Shown in pieces: positions 24,801 through 53,515 of a DNA stretch of 64,000 bases. Each line of letters begins with the position of its first letter. Position 1 is the first letter of the stretch. Below the pieces are notes generated by a model, which did no database searches, was not told the DNA's origin, and worked only from the letters and a program-made list of their open reading frames with translations. Origin of the DNA: Bugula neritina (Eukaryota; Animalia; Bryozoa); contig OZ037765.1 of the NCBI GenBank assembly GCA_964035545.1, forward strand, positions 31,681,504-31,745,503. Reading direction: 5' to 3'. The position numbers were made by a program, and so were the translations under genes.

Positions 24801-27800
24801 AAACAATGCAAAATGCGCTGATCACACAGGCATAGCAACTTCTGACAAAGCAGAATCTGCAGACCAAGAAAGGTCCAGTGGGGTTAGTGTGGTATTAACA
24901 AAGGATGAGCTGATAGAAAGCTGTATACAGGCTCTGAAAGTGTGCATACTACGCTATCCCCTTCACTACAAGAGTTACTTTAGACTCAGTAAAACGTTTC
25001 TACACGACAAACAGAGAAAGGTTAGCAGATATTGAAGCATTTACGACTGCAGTCTGTTATGTTATCGTAGAATTTTAGCAAGCAAATTTTATACATGATC
25101 TTAATTATCATATAATCTAGTTTATTGTACTATCTACTTTATTGTATTGTTTTGTTAGCATGATAGTGTTTTTTCAAAAACCTGTGAATCTGTTTTTTTG
25201 GCACTCATAATTGGCCACTATTTTAGTGACTTAGTTTTGAAAGCCACCATTGTGAACGGAATGTTAGATTTTCTCAACAAAAAGTTAGATTGTATGATGC
25301 CGTGAATAAGATTTAGTTTCATTGTAAATATTTACTCTACATTTCAGGATCTAGATAAAGTACAGGAGTTGCTACTGGGCAATACTTCGAAGAAAAAAGA
25401 AGAAAAATATGTTCCTCAGGGGCTTTTCCAAGATCGGAAACACAACAATTTCTTTAATGTAAGTTTGTAATGTAAATACTACCTATCTCAGCACCAAACT
25501 TTGGTAAGACCGTCCTTTCCACAGCATGAATTAAGAATCTTCTTTGTTGGTATGCCTAATACCCTACAAAACTGTAGGATATTATCATTTTTACATTTTA
25601 GTTTTGGTTATTGCACATTTCTCTGTAAAAGCTAAATTAACTTTCTACGTAAATGTCATTTAAAGTTGGCAATTTGCTTGTCTTGTATGTCTGCACTTCT
25701 TGTCTGCGCTTCTTGTCTGCACTGCTTGTCTGCACTTCTTGTCTGCATTTCTTGTCTGCACTTCTTGTCTGCACTTCTTGTCTGCGCTTCTTGTCTGCAC
25801 TTCTTGTCTGCACTTCATGTCTGCGCTTCTTTTCTGCACTTATTTTCTACACTTGTCATCTGCAGAAGTTGATCATCTGCACTTGTCTTCTACACTTGTT
25901 ATCAGCACTTGTTATCTGCACATGTTTTCTGCACTTATTGTCTGCACAAGTTTGTCATCTGCACAAGATTATCGGCTGCATTTTATATACAGTAATATTG
26001 ATATCCAACAACTCATCTTGCATGCAGGGTGTATGGCGAAACCCCGTGGAAGAGATTGAAAGGGCTGGAAGTTTTGGATCTCATCTACATAAAACCATTT
26101 ACCTGCTGCTGCAGTTTCTGCACGAGAAGAGGGACTACCATCTCCTCTACCAGCTGCACACACAGCTTCAACGAACCCCTGAACAGGAAAAGTAGGTTTC
26201 TGTTTATAATTATTTGATCTACAGTATGAATTTGATAATGATTAGCTTATTAGAATCGTTGCTATCTTAGGCCCATTTCCCAAACTTTGAATTATAAAAC
26301 TCTGCCTGAGTTTAATAAAAGGCAGCATCGGGGTGTTTAGGGCATTCTCTCTTTTCCAGGAAGTTCCTTAAAGATGTTGACAGATTGACTCTTTCCAGTA
26401 AAGCTATGGAGTTTGCTATTCATTCTCTGTACAAGGTATTCTATGTTCTCACTAGTTTATCTATTATTAGTATTACAAGGTATTCTATGTTCTCACTAGT
26501 TTATCTATTATTAATATTACAGGGTATTCTATGTTCTCACTAGTTTATCTATTATTAGTATTACAGGGTATTCTATGTTCTCACTAGTTTATCTATTATT
26601 AATATTACAGGGTATTCTATGTTCTCACTAGTTTATCTATTATTAGTATTACAAGGTATTCTATGTTCTCACTAGTTTATCTATTATTAGTATTACAAGG
26701 TATTCTATGTTCTCACTAGTTTATCTATTATTAGTATTACAGGGTATTCTATGTTCTCACTAGTTTATCTATTATTAGTATTACAGGGTATTCTATATTC
26801 TCACTAGTTTATCTTTCGCTAGATATGAACTTGTTGGTCTTTACGAGTTTATGAAGAATAGCGATACCTTGTTTCTTCTCACTTTATGATTTTATCTGAG
26901 TTCAGTGTTATCAGTTGTTAGCAGTGTTAAGTGCTAATTTTTATCTCAAATATTTTTTTACCATCAAAGTGATAGATTCACATCTTCAGCTTTTAAAAAA
27001 GGTGTCTCAAAAAATCGTATTAAGTTTTCTCATAGAATATGAGAATTGTAGACTGCATGAGTAGAATATGAATAGAGTCTGGGCTGCCTGGTATTTTCTT
27101 TTCTCAACAAATGAATAATTCTAAATGGCTGAACGTAATATCGTACCTAAAAGCTGCAATGGATTTTCAACAGATATTGAAAGGGTGATGTTTATGCAAC
27201 ACACTATTTGTTTTATATATATACTCAGCATAATATTATGGTTGGTGTACACACTACACTTCTTTTATAACACACATGCTGATTGGTTCTCACACTACGT
27301 TTTTTATACCACACACAATAGGTGATTGGTTCACACACTAAACTTCTTATATAACGCACTAGCTGATTGGTGCACATACTACATTTATTGTGTAACACTA
27401 GGTGATTGGTGTAGAGACGAAAGCTGAGTACAACTACGCTGCCTCCCTCCACCAGGCCTACAAATGGTTCAACTACTGTAACCGCACAACCGTCTGCATA
27501 CCCAATGCTCAGGTGCTGCTCATGAAGGCGTACAAGTCTTACAGAAGATCTGTGGACAAGGTGGGAACTGGTCACTATATTAGCCGATACTTGTGTCTCT
27601 GCTGTTCCATTTAGCTAGTGTGTTCAGCTTCTATCACTACTAATGATGACATTGGAATTACACATTTCGGTAATGGCAGCAGTAATAATACCACTAGTAG
27701 TATTAGTTATGTACTCTTGCAAGTTATAAAAATTGTTTGAATTTGCAGGAAAAAGTTTTTTGTGTCAATTTACGTTTTTTTTTTTCAAGGGAGCAGATGT

Positions 27801-28497
27801 GGTCTAGGGGTTTGAGCGTTTGCCTAGTAAACACCAAGGTCATGGGTTTGAGCCCGGACAAAGGCCATTGGTGATGTTAGGAAGAGCATCCAGTCATAAT
27901 TGCTCCTGTGCCTCATTTAAATAAGTCCTTAGCCCGCTTTAACAAAAACCCTTTTCACCAGGGGTTTCTCACAGGGATAGCGACTATAAACTTGCGTGAG
28001 TTTTTTATGTTTTTCTTTTCAACAAACTAATTTATAGTTTCCCAATTATTTCCCTGAAGGAGTACAACATGGAAATTAAAGTTCCAGTATCTGAGGCCAA
28101 GGACTTCTGCCAGCAGCTGTTCTCTAATCGCAGTAAAGACAAGAATAAACCAGCCGAGCAGCAGAACAAGCAGCAGACGTCTGCAGTACTGACTGCTAAG
28201 CCTCAGGGCAGTAGACCATCAAAGAGAGGGCCCCCTGCAGATACCACCCTACCCGCTGTTAGAGGGAGTCTACAGACTCACGACAAATCAAAGACAGCGA
28301 GAATCATGATGTCCACAGCCAGAGTGGAGAACACCGGCGCCACCACGTCTAAGGATCTTGCCTCCACGTCTAAGGATCTCGTCTCTTTAGATGCGAAGGT
28401 GCAAACGGTAGCTGTGATACCGGCTAACTCTTGGATGCATAAGGCAAAAGAAGGAACGTCAGCTCTCGCCAGCATGTTTGAAAAACCCAAAACATGA
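6812..28497 (+). CDS. CABIN1: Calcineurin-binding protein Cabin-1 (Hir3 ortholog, HIRA histone chaperone complex, TPR protein), about 26 coding exons
   Basis: M|IRIAALN N-terminus (ATG 6812-6814, then exon 7005-7103), [132 protein letters not shown]. Further exons approx. 7361-7474, 7935-8066, 9599-9700, 10137-10215, 10391-10520, 11102-11254, 12152-12218, 12540-12654, 12796-12857, 13280-15006, 15611-15800, 16464-16747, 17461-17523, 18017-18128, 18743-18907, 19626-19832, 20260-20433, 22554-22757, 23494-25020, 25348-25458, 26028-26191, 26360-26435, 27402-27560, 28060-28497. Confidence 0.95.
8081..9076. repeat. G-rich minisatellite, 25-bp unit (agggaggggagataacaactagcat), about 40 copies, in a CABIN1 intron
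   Basis: Highly homogeneous tandem array starting about 15 nt after the donor at 8067, with a degenerate tail to about 9300. Confidence 0.97.
11388..11597 (+). mobile_element. tRNA-derived SINE, family A
   Basis: A-box (tggtctagggg), B-box (ggttcgagccc), conserved core ggtgttagaaagagcatccagtcataa, tail gactataaacttgcatgagtttt. Related copies at 11701, 27789, 30258 and 40255. Confidence 0.88.
11701..11909 (-). mobile_element. tRNA-derived SINE, family A (inverted copy)
   Basis: Reverse complement reads ggggagcagccgtggtctaggggttagagc...ggtgatgttaggaggggcattcagtcat...gactataaac. Confidence 0.88.
17870..18000. repeat. Degenerate tandem repeat of about 33 bp (gtgacattctattggccagcctgtag) just upstream of a CABIN1 acceptor
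   Basis: About 4 imperfect copies ending near the acceptor at 18016. Confidence 0.7.
20409..22490. repeat. Minisatellite of 32/41-bp units that includes the CABIN1 exon end and splice donor
   Basis: Unit tcaacacttccaactgtatactaag|gtttagt; the first copy is the coding end of exon 20260-20433. Variant units recur with a period of about 860 bp. Confidence 0.97.
24390..24750 (+). repeat. Coding tandem repeat in CABIN1, 39-42-bp unit ([14 protein letters not shown]), about 9 copies
   Basis: In-frame repeats visible in ORF 23629..25035. Confidence 0.93.
25675..25970. repeat. Intronic 13-bp tandem repeat (ttcttgtctgcac)
   Basis: Visible units, degenerating toward the 3' end. Confidence 0.9.
26430..26815. 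repeat. 44-bp tandem repeat, about 9 copies, that includes a CABIN1 splice donor
   Basis: Unit tacaag|gtattctatgttctcactagtttatctattattagtat; the first copy starts in exon 26360-26435. Confidence 0.95.
27789..28007 (+). mobile_element. tRNA-derived SINE, family A
   Basis: Full-length alignment by eye to the 11388 copy (A/B boxes, core, tail). Confidence 0.88.
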
Positions 28498-30257
28498 TGT
28501 ATCTTCTGACTCCTTTATTTGGTGCTGGACTTTTCATGCTTTGTTGGTTCATATAGTTAGACACACTTGAGTATTTTTCTTAGCATAATTAGTTTACTTG
28601 TCATACATCATGTCCGAATTGTGTCATTTTTGTCTGATTTAATATCCTAAGCTGTACAAACTATGCTTGCTGATAATTAGGCTACTTTGTGGTTATGCTA
28701 TCATGTTGGTTCCAATGCTATATGATTTCCACATGATCTAAACTTTTTTTGCATATCATTTTTATGGAAATACAACTGTAATCTTATTAGATTGGATGAA
28801 AAGCTGATTTATTTGTATTAGATAGATATTCTTATAGGTTTAAGTGCATGGCTACAGGATAACTTCATGATTTGTTGAGTACATTTTGGTTCAAAACTGA
28901 TGACAAGTTAAGAGCAGTATATGCTGAGATGTTTTATAATCATAGCCACTGATTACAAGCAATTAAGGGAGTGGTGGGGCTAGTTCCTAGACATAGGGTT
29001 TGAAGATATTTATTGCCCTTACCTTGAATACCAGTATCATGTTGCATACTCGAGTCTAGACAGTCTTCAACACCATAGACAGAAATACTATATCACCAGC
29101 AAAAACATAAGTGAGAATTAGACAAAATATTCACTTGTAAGGGTGACCCCATTGTCTTTTGTAGTTTTACTACAATGTAATGTTTCTATAAAATGACATG
29201 TATGACTACAGATTTAACACAAATTCCCAAACACATGATGCATATCTATGTCTGCAAGTAACTGCTAACTCTTGTAAGTGACCTACATTTAGGACTTCGT
29301 GCTATCCTCTTATTTGGATATATTATTGATGTGGCTTGGCCACAATATTGATATATTCCATATTATTATTGTGACATTAACAATTCACATCAAAGGTTCT
29401 TCTGCCGCATGGTATGTGGGTGTAGGTTCGGCCACCATGCATAGCCTATGTAGACATCCTTTCTAGTCTAACACAAAAAGATTAGAGCAGTGTAATCTAA
29501 AACACTTTCTTAGTAAAAAAAGGGGGGGGGGGAGTAAGTGTTATATACGAAATATAACCCGAAATCTTTAGCATACTGCAGTCTGCTCATTAACCTTTCA
29601 ATCCAAAGCCCTTACCCCACGCAGCTTACATCATCATATATCATGATTATTACACAATAATGTTACAAATACTGTTTTTACTATACTATGTCACTGCGTA
29701 GTATATATTCTACTAAATAAAAACAATGTATTCTTTTTTATCTGGGGGGGGGGGGAGGACTTATTTTTTTGTCACTATATATATGCTATGCTACACTTCA
29801 GCCATTTGGCTGCTATATAAACTTAGAAGCCTTATTGTGCTAAAATAATTTCACACTTAACTGATCATGACTTGATATTTGGTTCAAAATTTGTTAACCA
29901 AACATTATGAATGAAATTGATAGAAAAATTTGCTCAAGGCAAATTTAATATATTATATAAATAACTAAACAGAACTCAAGCTTCTTAACCTTGCATTCAA
30001 GTATAGAGATTTTCTCACGGCCCAAACACTTGCTGTGGATGCCCCTCACTGCACGATGATTTTTGTGTGTTCAGTGCTAAATGCCAGTCTGAAAGCTCCA
30101 AAAATGGTCACAGCCTTTTATAAAACAAGCCGTGTGTTGCTAGTTATGTATAATATGCAAAGGTACTGGAAGGTAATCATCAGCATCAGTAGCTAAGTAT
30201 TTCTTTGGTGTAACACGTTAATAGACCTAATCATTATATTATCAGTTAGAGAGTTTC

Positions 30258-30450
30258 GGTGGGGCTGTGGTTAGAGCACTGACTCAGTAAACACAAGGTC
30301 AGTGGTCTCTGGAAAGGCCATTGGGGACGTTAGGAAAAGCATTCAGTCATAACTGCTTCTGTGGCACATCAGGAAAAGTCCTTAGCCCGCTGTAAAATAC
30401 TCTTTCCATCAAGGATTTTCCCATGGATAGTGACTATAAACTTGTTTGAG
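30258..30450 (+). mobile_element. tRNA-derived SINE, family A (degraded)
   Basis: Core aaggccattggggacgttaggaaaagcattcagtcataa and tail gactataaacttg are retained. Confidence 0.75.
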
Positions 30451-30777
30451 TTGCATTATATTATGAGTAGTATGAGTATTATGAGTAGTAGTAATGCTTG
30501 TTATATGTTTCTGTGGGAATATATTTTGAATATGCTTTTGATACTGGGTACTAGCTCAAATTAATGAATAACATCAATCATTTAAATATCCTTAATATAA
30601 TTGTCAAAGCATTGATACATGTAGAGTGTTTTTAGAGCACTATAAATATGCAAGGTTTCAGCTGTAATCCGTAAGTAAGAATGGAGCACTTTGCTTGCTT
30701 TAACAGGACAAAAATTTAAGATTAATGCGTATAGAAAAGCAGAAGAATAGCTTGCTGGGTTAGCTGGCTAGAAGAGT

Positions 30778-31228
30778 GATGTCGTCCCAGATAGTCGGTT
30801 CCCAGTTAGACGTTATTTATTTATATTGGTACAATATATATTGTATGTGCAATTTATTTGAATATTATTTAAATATATGTATATTTAAATAAAGCGCGTA
30901 TTGAGCACATAAATAAATCTCTTTGATCTGCATTAACATATTAATTTTACATAATATTTTTACTTCTTGTTTGAACAGATGTTTTTTTAATGAGTATTCA
31001 TTAATTAAAGATAATGTTTATTATTATTATATTACTGTTTTTTGTCCCGCACAAATCTATGGGAATTAGAATATTATTCCAGATAATTCATGTTAGCTAT
31101 TATAGCTATTAGCATTTTAGCTATTTAGCAATGAATGCAACAGTTATATAGGTATATTACTATAAAATTGTATGACACCAAAATCAAAAATATCGTCTAA
31201 CTGAGAAGCGTCTATCTGGGATGAAACC
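30778..31228. mobile_element. MITE of about 450 bp with about 40-bp imperfect TIRs, family M1
   Basis: gtcgtcccagatag...cccagttagacg versus cgtctaactgagaagcgtctatctgggatgaaac. The interior matches 39060-39505 in the opposite orientation. Confidence 0.8.
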
Positions 31229-33967
31229 GGAAGCGTTTACCAATGTTAGCGCCAGTGAAGCAATTCCTTCCAAAGTAATACATAATAGTGCCGTATCTCA
31301 TATAATTATATCCATCCACTATCTAAATCCATGCTATTTTGGATGAAACCATAAAAATTTCGTTCTAGTAAAAAAGAAAATTTGGAGTAAATATACACTA
31401 CAAAATTAGGATATAAAGGTTAAAGGTGAACATATTAATGACATACCATCTGCAAACTGGTTGGGTGGTGAGCTGCTATTAGCTATGTCCATAATTTACA
31501 ATAATTCCTGAGCGCAAACAGCTAGTAGCCTAAACCTTGGTGTATAGTCACCTGCTACTTCCTTGAAGCTCCCCCCCAAGAATCCTCTTTTATAGTTTTC
31601 CAGAATATTATTTTTTTAATTTTCAATAGGTGCATGTTGTGAACCGAGCTAGCTTTTTGCATTGAAATTAATTCATCGTTATTTGGTTTGAAAAGAGTGC
31701 TGGAATAGCAATTTCTGAGATGCCATAAAGCAAAATATTTGTAGCTTTTTGGCTGCAATCAAAGTTGAAATTTCTGAAAACATAAAGGCTTTTATAACTC
31801 CAAGATTTCTATAGGGGTGGTCAAAATTTTATAATTTATTCAAATAATCCATTAATTTAACTACTGATGGACTGCTCAATCATCGGGCTGTGAAAACTAA
31901 ATAAAAACCGGTATATTTTGTTTGTAAGAAACTTTTTAGCCGTGGGTCCAACTTTTTCAGACCACTGAAAGGTGAGAGCCATATTGTTAACTTTAGCTTG
32001 TGCTGGGGGCCACCAGCATCAGTCTTTTTCTAATTATTTCATTCCAAATTCTTATGAATCATTACACAATGAAGTCCCAATAGTTAATGCAGGCTGCATG
32101 TTTTGTAATGTGTATAAATAGGACATTTAAAAGGTGGTTTTTCGCTCTAATTAATGTACACTGTGCAAAATATTTTTAGTTTTATGCCCTTGAGGGTTTC
32201 ATAAATGTGGGCCCTGGGGCCACCTGTTGGATAGCCCTGGTCTAGATCATCATTTTAATATTGGTAGAAAAACTGCAATACGTATCCCATTACTATTCCT
32301 ACGATCTATCTGTTTTGCATGCTATCTTCGGTTACAAGTATGTAAACAGAATCATTAAAGGCACAGCGCAATATTATTGTTTTTATCTATAGGAAATCTG
32401 AGTCTGTATGCATTCAATAAAAACTATGAAGACCATACTTCATGTGAAAAGAACCGTGACTTCATTAATGTTATTTTATTCTATACTTAATATTCCATCT
32501 ACACTCAGATGTTGGTTTTCATTAGCTAACATAGCACTGAGTTACTATTTGATAAGCAACTTGTTGCTATGACAATGCTTAACTTAAAGTAATTAGTGAC
32601 TCATTCTCACCTGGTGTTACTTTTGGGTTTATAGCTGTTGAAAGATGTAAGTAAGGCTGTAGTACAGAAACTGGCGTCTTCATCTTTCTAGAACTAAAGG
32701 TAAGAGTTGTCTAAAGACATATAGTCAGTTAGCTGTTGCTGCTATTTGGACTGGACTGTTACTGTTTACTGTTAGTGTTATTGGATTGTCACTTGCAAAA
32801 TATTCAAATTAAACAAGTATCAGGAAGGAATAATTAAACTGAAAAAATAGGTCAAGCCAGTTGCTGACGATGAAATTTAGCTAATAATGCTATAACTTAT
32901 GCTTTGTACTTTTACAATTTAGTCAAGTTGAGTTCTTTATTAATAATGGGCAGCAGTGAAATCTATTAATGAGACCAAATGACTCAACTTATAAGCTAAC
33001 TTGTACTCTATTCAAAAGTCCTAGCCTCCGGTTAAAATAATGTTATACAACTTAGCTGAGTAAGCTAACTTTTTAATGCTGCTTGCTAAGAAAAGCTGAA
33101 AATAAATTACTTTGGATTACAAGAAGCAAAAACAGCCACGGTGGTTTTAAGCACCAATCATAAAGCTGCAACAGTTAGATAGATTTGTACTGCAATAAGA
33201 CTAAAAATTCAGCCATTCAAAATTTTCTAGTATTGAGGTAATTATAGGCAGCTCAGCTAAAGTTGACAAAATCTTGAACTTAACTTCTGTAAGCTAGAGT
33301 ATAAAAAGAGTCCACCTTTATAAGCTTTTGAAATTAAGGTCTCCTGCACCCACTCACCAGTGCCGAATTTCTAGATGATTATGATAAGTGCTCTCTTAAT
33401 TTTATAAGTACTAACAATTTGGCTATATTGTAGCTTGACAACAGGTTTTGTGACCTTGGCAGTTAAGGTTTGAGGTTAGTGGAAACCTATAACTTACTGA
33501 GTGCCATCTGTTAAACTTTTTAGACCACTTAAAGACTGTTCCAAATAACTAGTCTACTATAATAAATCCTTGAATAAATTACATTTGTTTGATAGAAATC
33601 AGGTTTTTCCTAATCAGAACACCCAGTAGTAAATTAGAGTTGCAATTCCACTTAGTAAACATGCAGCTTTTTCCTATAACACCAGTTTCTACAACTATTT
33701 GTGGCCAAAAAGCTATTGTGTGTGGTGCTACATTAAACAGTGAAGTTGTGAATATTGTGAGCTCAAAATCATTTTAAGAACTAGTGATAAGTCTTTGACT
33801 TCTATAACACAATTCAAAATGCTAAGCTCAAGTATTTTAAAATGGTATAAATGCATTCCACAATTCTATCTCAAATTCGTAAAAAGCTGTATACATGCAT
33901 TATATTATACAATACACTATACAGCATTGCACTGTACTGTAGCACTGAAGAGGTTGAATGGTGAGTC

Positions 33968-50091
<16,124 letters not shown>

Positions 50092-50954
50092 AGCTCACTG
50101 CGCAAATAAAAATAACACACTACTAACAATAATGCGCATACAGCCTAAATAATAACAAAACATGAGCAACAATAGGTTTTGCATATACTTTTGATTACAA
50201 TTTTGCAACCTTTTATTCACTTGCTATTTCAGAGCATGGTAGTGCTTGCCTAAATGTTAATAACTTGGATTTACCACTTTTATGATGAAAAGTTCTGTTT
50301 TTAGCTTATAATAATAATTAAGTTTTCTTTCAACTAGTGCTTTTATCTTTTTATTTGTAATAATATACTTTGTCTATACATACATATACATGTACATAAT
50401 ATCTTATGTGTACATACGTACACAGCACAGCGCAAACAATGACAATAAAAAACATGTGAGTGTATTTCCTAGTTTTCGTCTTCTGTTGGCTCTAACTTTA
50501 GTGCTTGAAGCAAACGATAAATTCATAAATAAGTGCAAACTGTATATCTCGCAAAATAGAGAAATATATACGTGTTATAATGAAAGCTAGAGAGAGGCTA
50601 TAAACTCTATGCTAACAATACGGTAGTAATAATGCACTATAACTCTATAAGTATATGCATAGATAGATTTCCTATAATAGCTGATGCAAATTTTAAAATT
50701 ACTTACACTGCTGCATCTTTGCAGAGTTTAAACTTTGCTTTTTTACTAAACAACATCTAATCAGTTATTACATAAATATTGCATATCATATATCAATAAG
50801 ATAACATAAACGCCTTCGTAAGGAAAATGACTAGTCACTGTGACACAAACATCGGACACTTCAAGTACTGCAGGTAGGTTTTGCTATGGTGGCATTCTCA
50901 AACACTACATAAAATAGGGAAAACAGTTGAATAATGTAGTGTTGAGAATTCCCA

Positions 50955-51030
50955 GTAGCCCATGCAGTGTAATGGTCAGCATCCTGATTTGCTAAACAGA
51001 AGTCTGGGGTTTGATTCTCGCTGGAGGGGG
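50955..51030 (+). mobile_element. Degraded tRNA-like head (SINE family B)
   Basis: gtaatggtcagcatcctgatttgctaaacagaagtctggggtttgattctcgctggagg resembles 38821-38893. Confidence 0.5.
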
Positions 51031-51779
51031 GAATGCTTTCATGAATAATAGTGTTTTTGGATACATCTTTTTGCTTGCAACTTTGTCAAGCAATGTACAA
51101 TTTTATTTAACAGTAAATTTTGGAAGTGCTGCTTCAAATATTCTGTGGTTGTTGTCTAACAGTTGGCAACTCTAATATTTATTTAGGTATTAAGTAACAT
51201 TGTGAGTTTATGGAACATTTCGCTGTTTTTGTACACACCAGTATATTATATATGTATTATACTGTTTGAAATATTACTACAGTGTACAATATATTGCACT
51301 TATGATATAGGGGGTAACTTTCTGCTAGTATCATATTTGGATTAAATTAATTTGAAATGGCAAACAATCAATATACTATTATATACATTCTTATTATATC
51401 GTTATTATAACTAAGTTCCAAAGGTGCTAATATTCTATTTATTTTTGATTGCAATTTTGTCAAATGATTGGGTACAGTGCACAAACAGCTACTTTAACTT
51501 ATTCTAAGGCTTGCTTTGAAGCTGCACAATATGGCTGCTAAATGTCCATTTTATCTGTCAGTTTCATTTCACCGAATTTACAAATATAGAGTTTCTTGCA
51601 TTTTATATCTTATATTTTAACACTTTGAATTCCATCACTGTTTCAGTTTATACACCTAATCTTTAACATTTTCATGATGATGTAATATTTACTACATTAT
51701 ATCTTATCAGTAAATGAAAAGATTAAAGTAAGTTATCGTGATTTATCATAACTACAGTCATGTAGTTAACGAACTTGAG

Positions 51780-52372
51780 ACACAGACAGACTACCTACTA
51801 TAAACACACTTACTGTAGACACACAGACAAACTACTTACTGTAGACACACAGACAGACTACTTACTGTAGACACACAGACAGACTACTTACTGTAGACAC
51901 ACAGACAGACTACTTACTGTAGACACACAAACAGACTACTTACTGTAGACACACAGACAGACTACTTACTGTAGACACACAGACAGACTACTTACTGTAG
52001 ACACACAGACAGACTACTTACTGTAGACACACAGACAGTCTACTTACTGTAGACACACAGACAGACTACTTACTGTAGACACACAGACAGGCTACTTACT
52101 GTAGACACTCAGACAGACTACTCACTGTAGACACACAGACAGACTACTTACTGTAGACACACAGACATACTACTTACTGTAGACACACAGACAGACTACT
52201 TACTGTAGACACACAGACAGACTACTTACTGTAGACACACAGACAGACTACTTACTGTAGACACACAGACAGACTACTTACTGTAGACACACAGACAGAC
52301 TACTTACTGTAGACACACAGACAGACTACTTACTGTAGACACACAGATAGGCTACTTAGTGCAAACACACAG
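51780..52372. repeat. 26-bp minisatellite (acacagacagactacttactgtagac), about 22 copies
   Basis: Homogeneous tandem array. Confidence 0.96.
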
Positions 52373-52718
52373 TAATTTGCTTAATAAACAATTATTAATT
52401 AATACAATAATAATTACAAAAAAATCAGATTAACTGACATCACTAGAGTGCGAGGTGTAATTTTTATGTATTGTGATTGAAACTAAGCTTATGTAAAATA
52501 ACCTTATCTTATCTTATCTTATAGATGATTCATGAATTAAAACCCATAAACAGCTACAAAGGGTTGATTCAACTGCTACAGTTGGTGCTCGACACTCAAT
52601 AGCCTACGGAGAAAATAGAAATGGGTTTATACTTATTTAAAGGTATTCTAACACAACTCTAATACCAACAGTGTAGCAGTAAATTAGTTTTAACAGATTT
52701 ATATTTATCTATTATTTA

Positions 52719-52821
<103 letters not shown>

Positions 52822-52919
52822 CTGTATATACATATTTACTGTATAATGTATGCTGATTGTCAATCTAGTTGGAGTTTCAGCAAAGTAAAGTGCTCGATAT
52901 CACGGGTGACAGAGCTAAT

Positions 52920-53105
52920 ATAATGTAGTGTGTTCAGATTGTTAATGATACATATATATTTTATTTAAAAAAATCTTACACGACTATATAGTTTCGTGCA
53001 GTAAACTGCACTCCTCAGGTTTACTGCACGAAACTATATAGTCGTGTAAGATTTTTTTAAATAAAATATATATGTATCATTAACAATCTGAACACACTAC
53101 ATTAT
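52920..53105. repeat. Perfect palindrome with 87-bp arms and a 12-nt spacer; probable inverted 3' ends of a Penelope-like element or retrozyme
   Basis: 52920-53006 is the reverse complement of 53019-53105. The centre contains a hammerhead core. Confidence 0.9.
52975..53018 (-). ncRNA. Type I hammerhead ribozyme core (5' strand of stem I truncated)
   Basis: Minus strand: CUGAGGA-GUGCAG-UUUA-CUGCAC-GAAA-CUAUAUAG-UC^GUGUAAG, with both conserved boxes, a 6-bp stem II, a palindromic stem III and a GUC cleavage triplet. Confidence 0.82.
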
Positions 53106-53108
53106 TTA

Positions 53109-53193
<85 letters not shown>

Positions 53194-53210
53194 CTGTATA
53201 TACATATTTA

Positions 53211-53304
<94 letters not shown>

Positions 53305-53362
53305 TAAATATGTATATACAGTATATATATATATATATATATACAGTAAATATGTATATACA

Positions 53363-53458
<96 letters not shown>

Positions 53459-53474
53459 TGTATATACATATTTA

Positions 53475-53512
<38 letters not shown>

Positions 53513-53515
<3 letters not shown>

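Noticed and set aside
24317-26059. Alternative-frame and antisense ORFs over the CABIN1 coding repeat and the 13-bp intronic repeat
   Set aside because: They are open only because the repeat unit lacks stops; no independent coding signal.
31930-32246. Possible old hAT-type MITE (gggccacc motifs, ending ccctggtctaga)
   Set aside because: Matching TIRs and a TSD could not be established.
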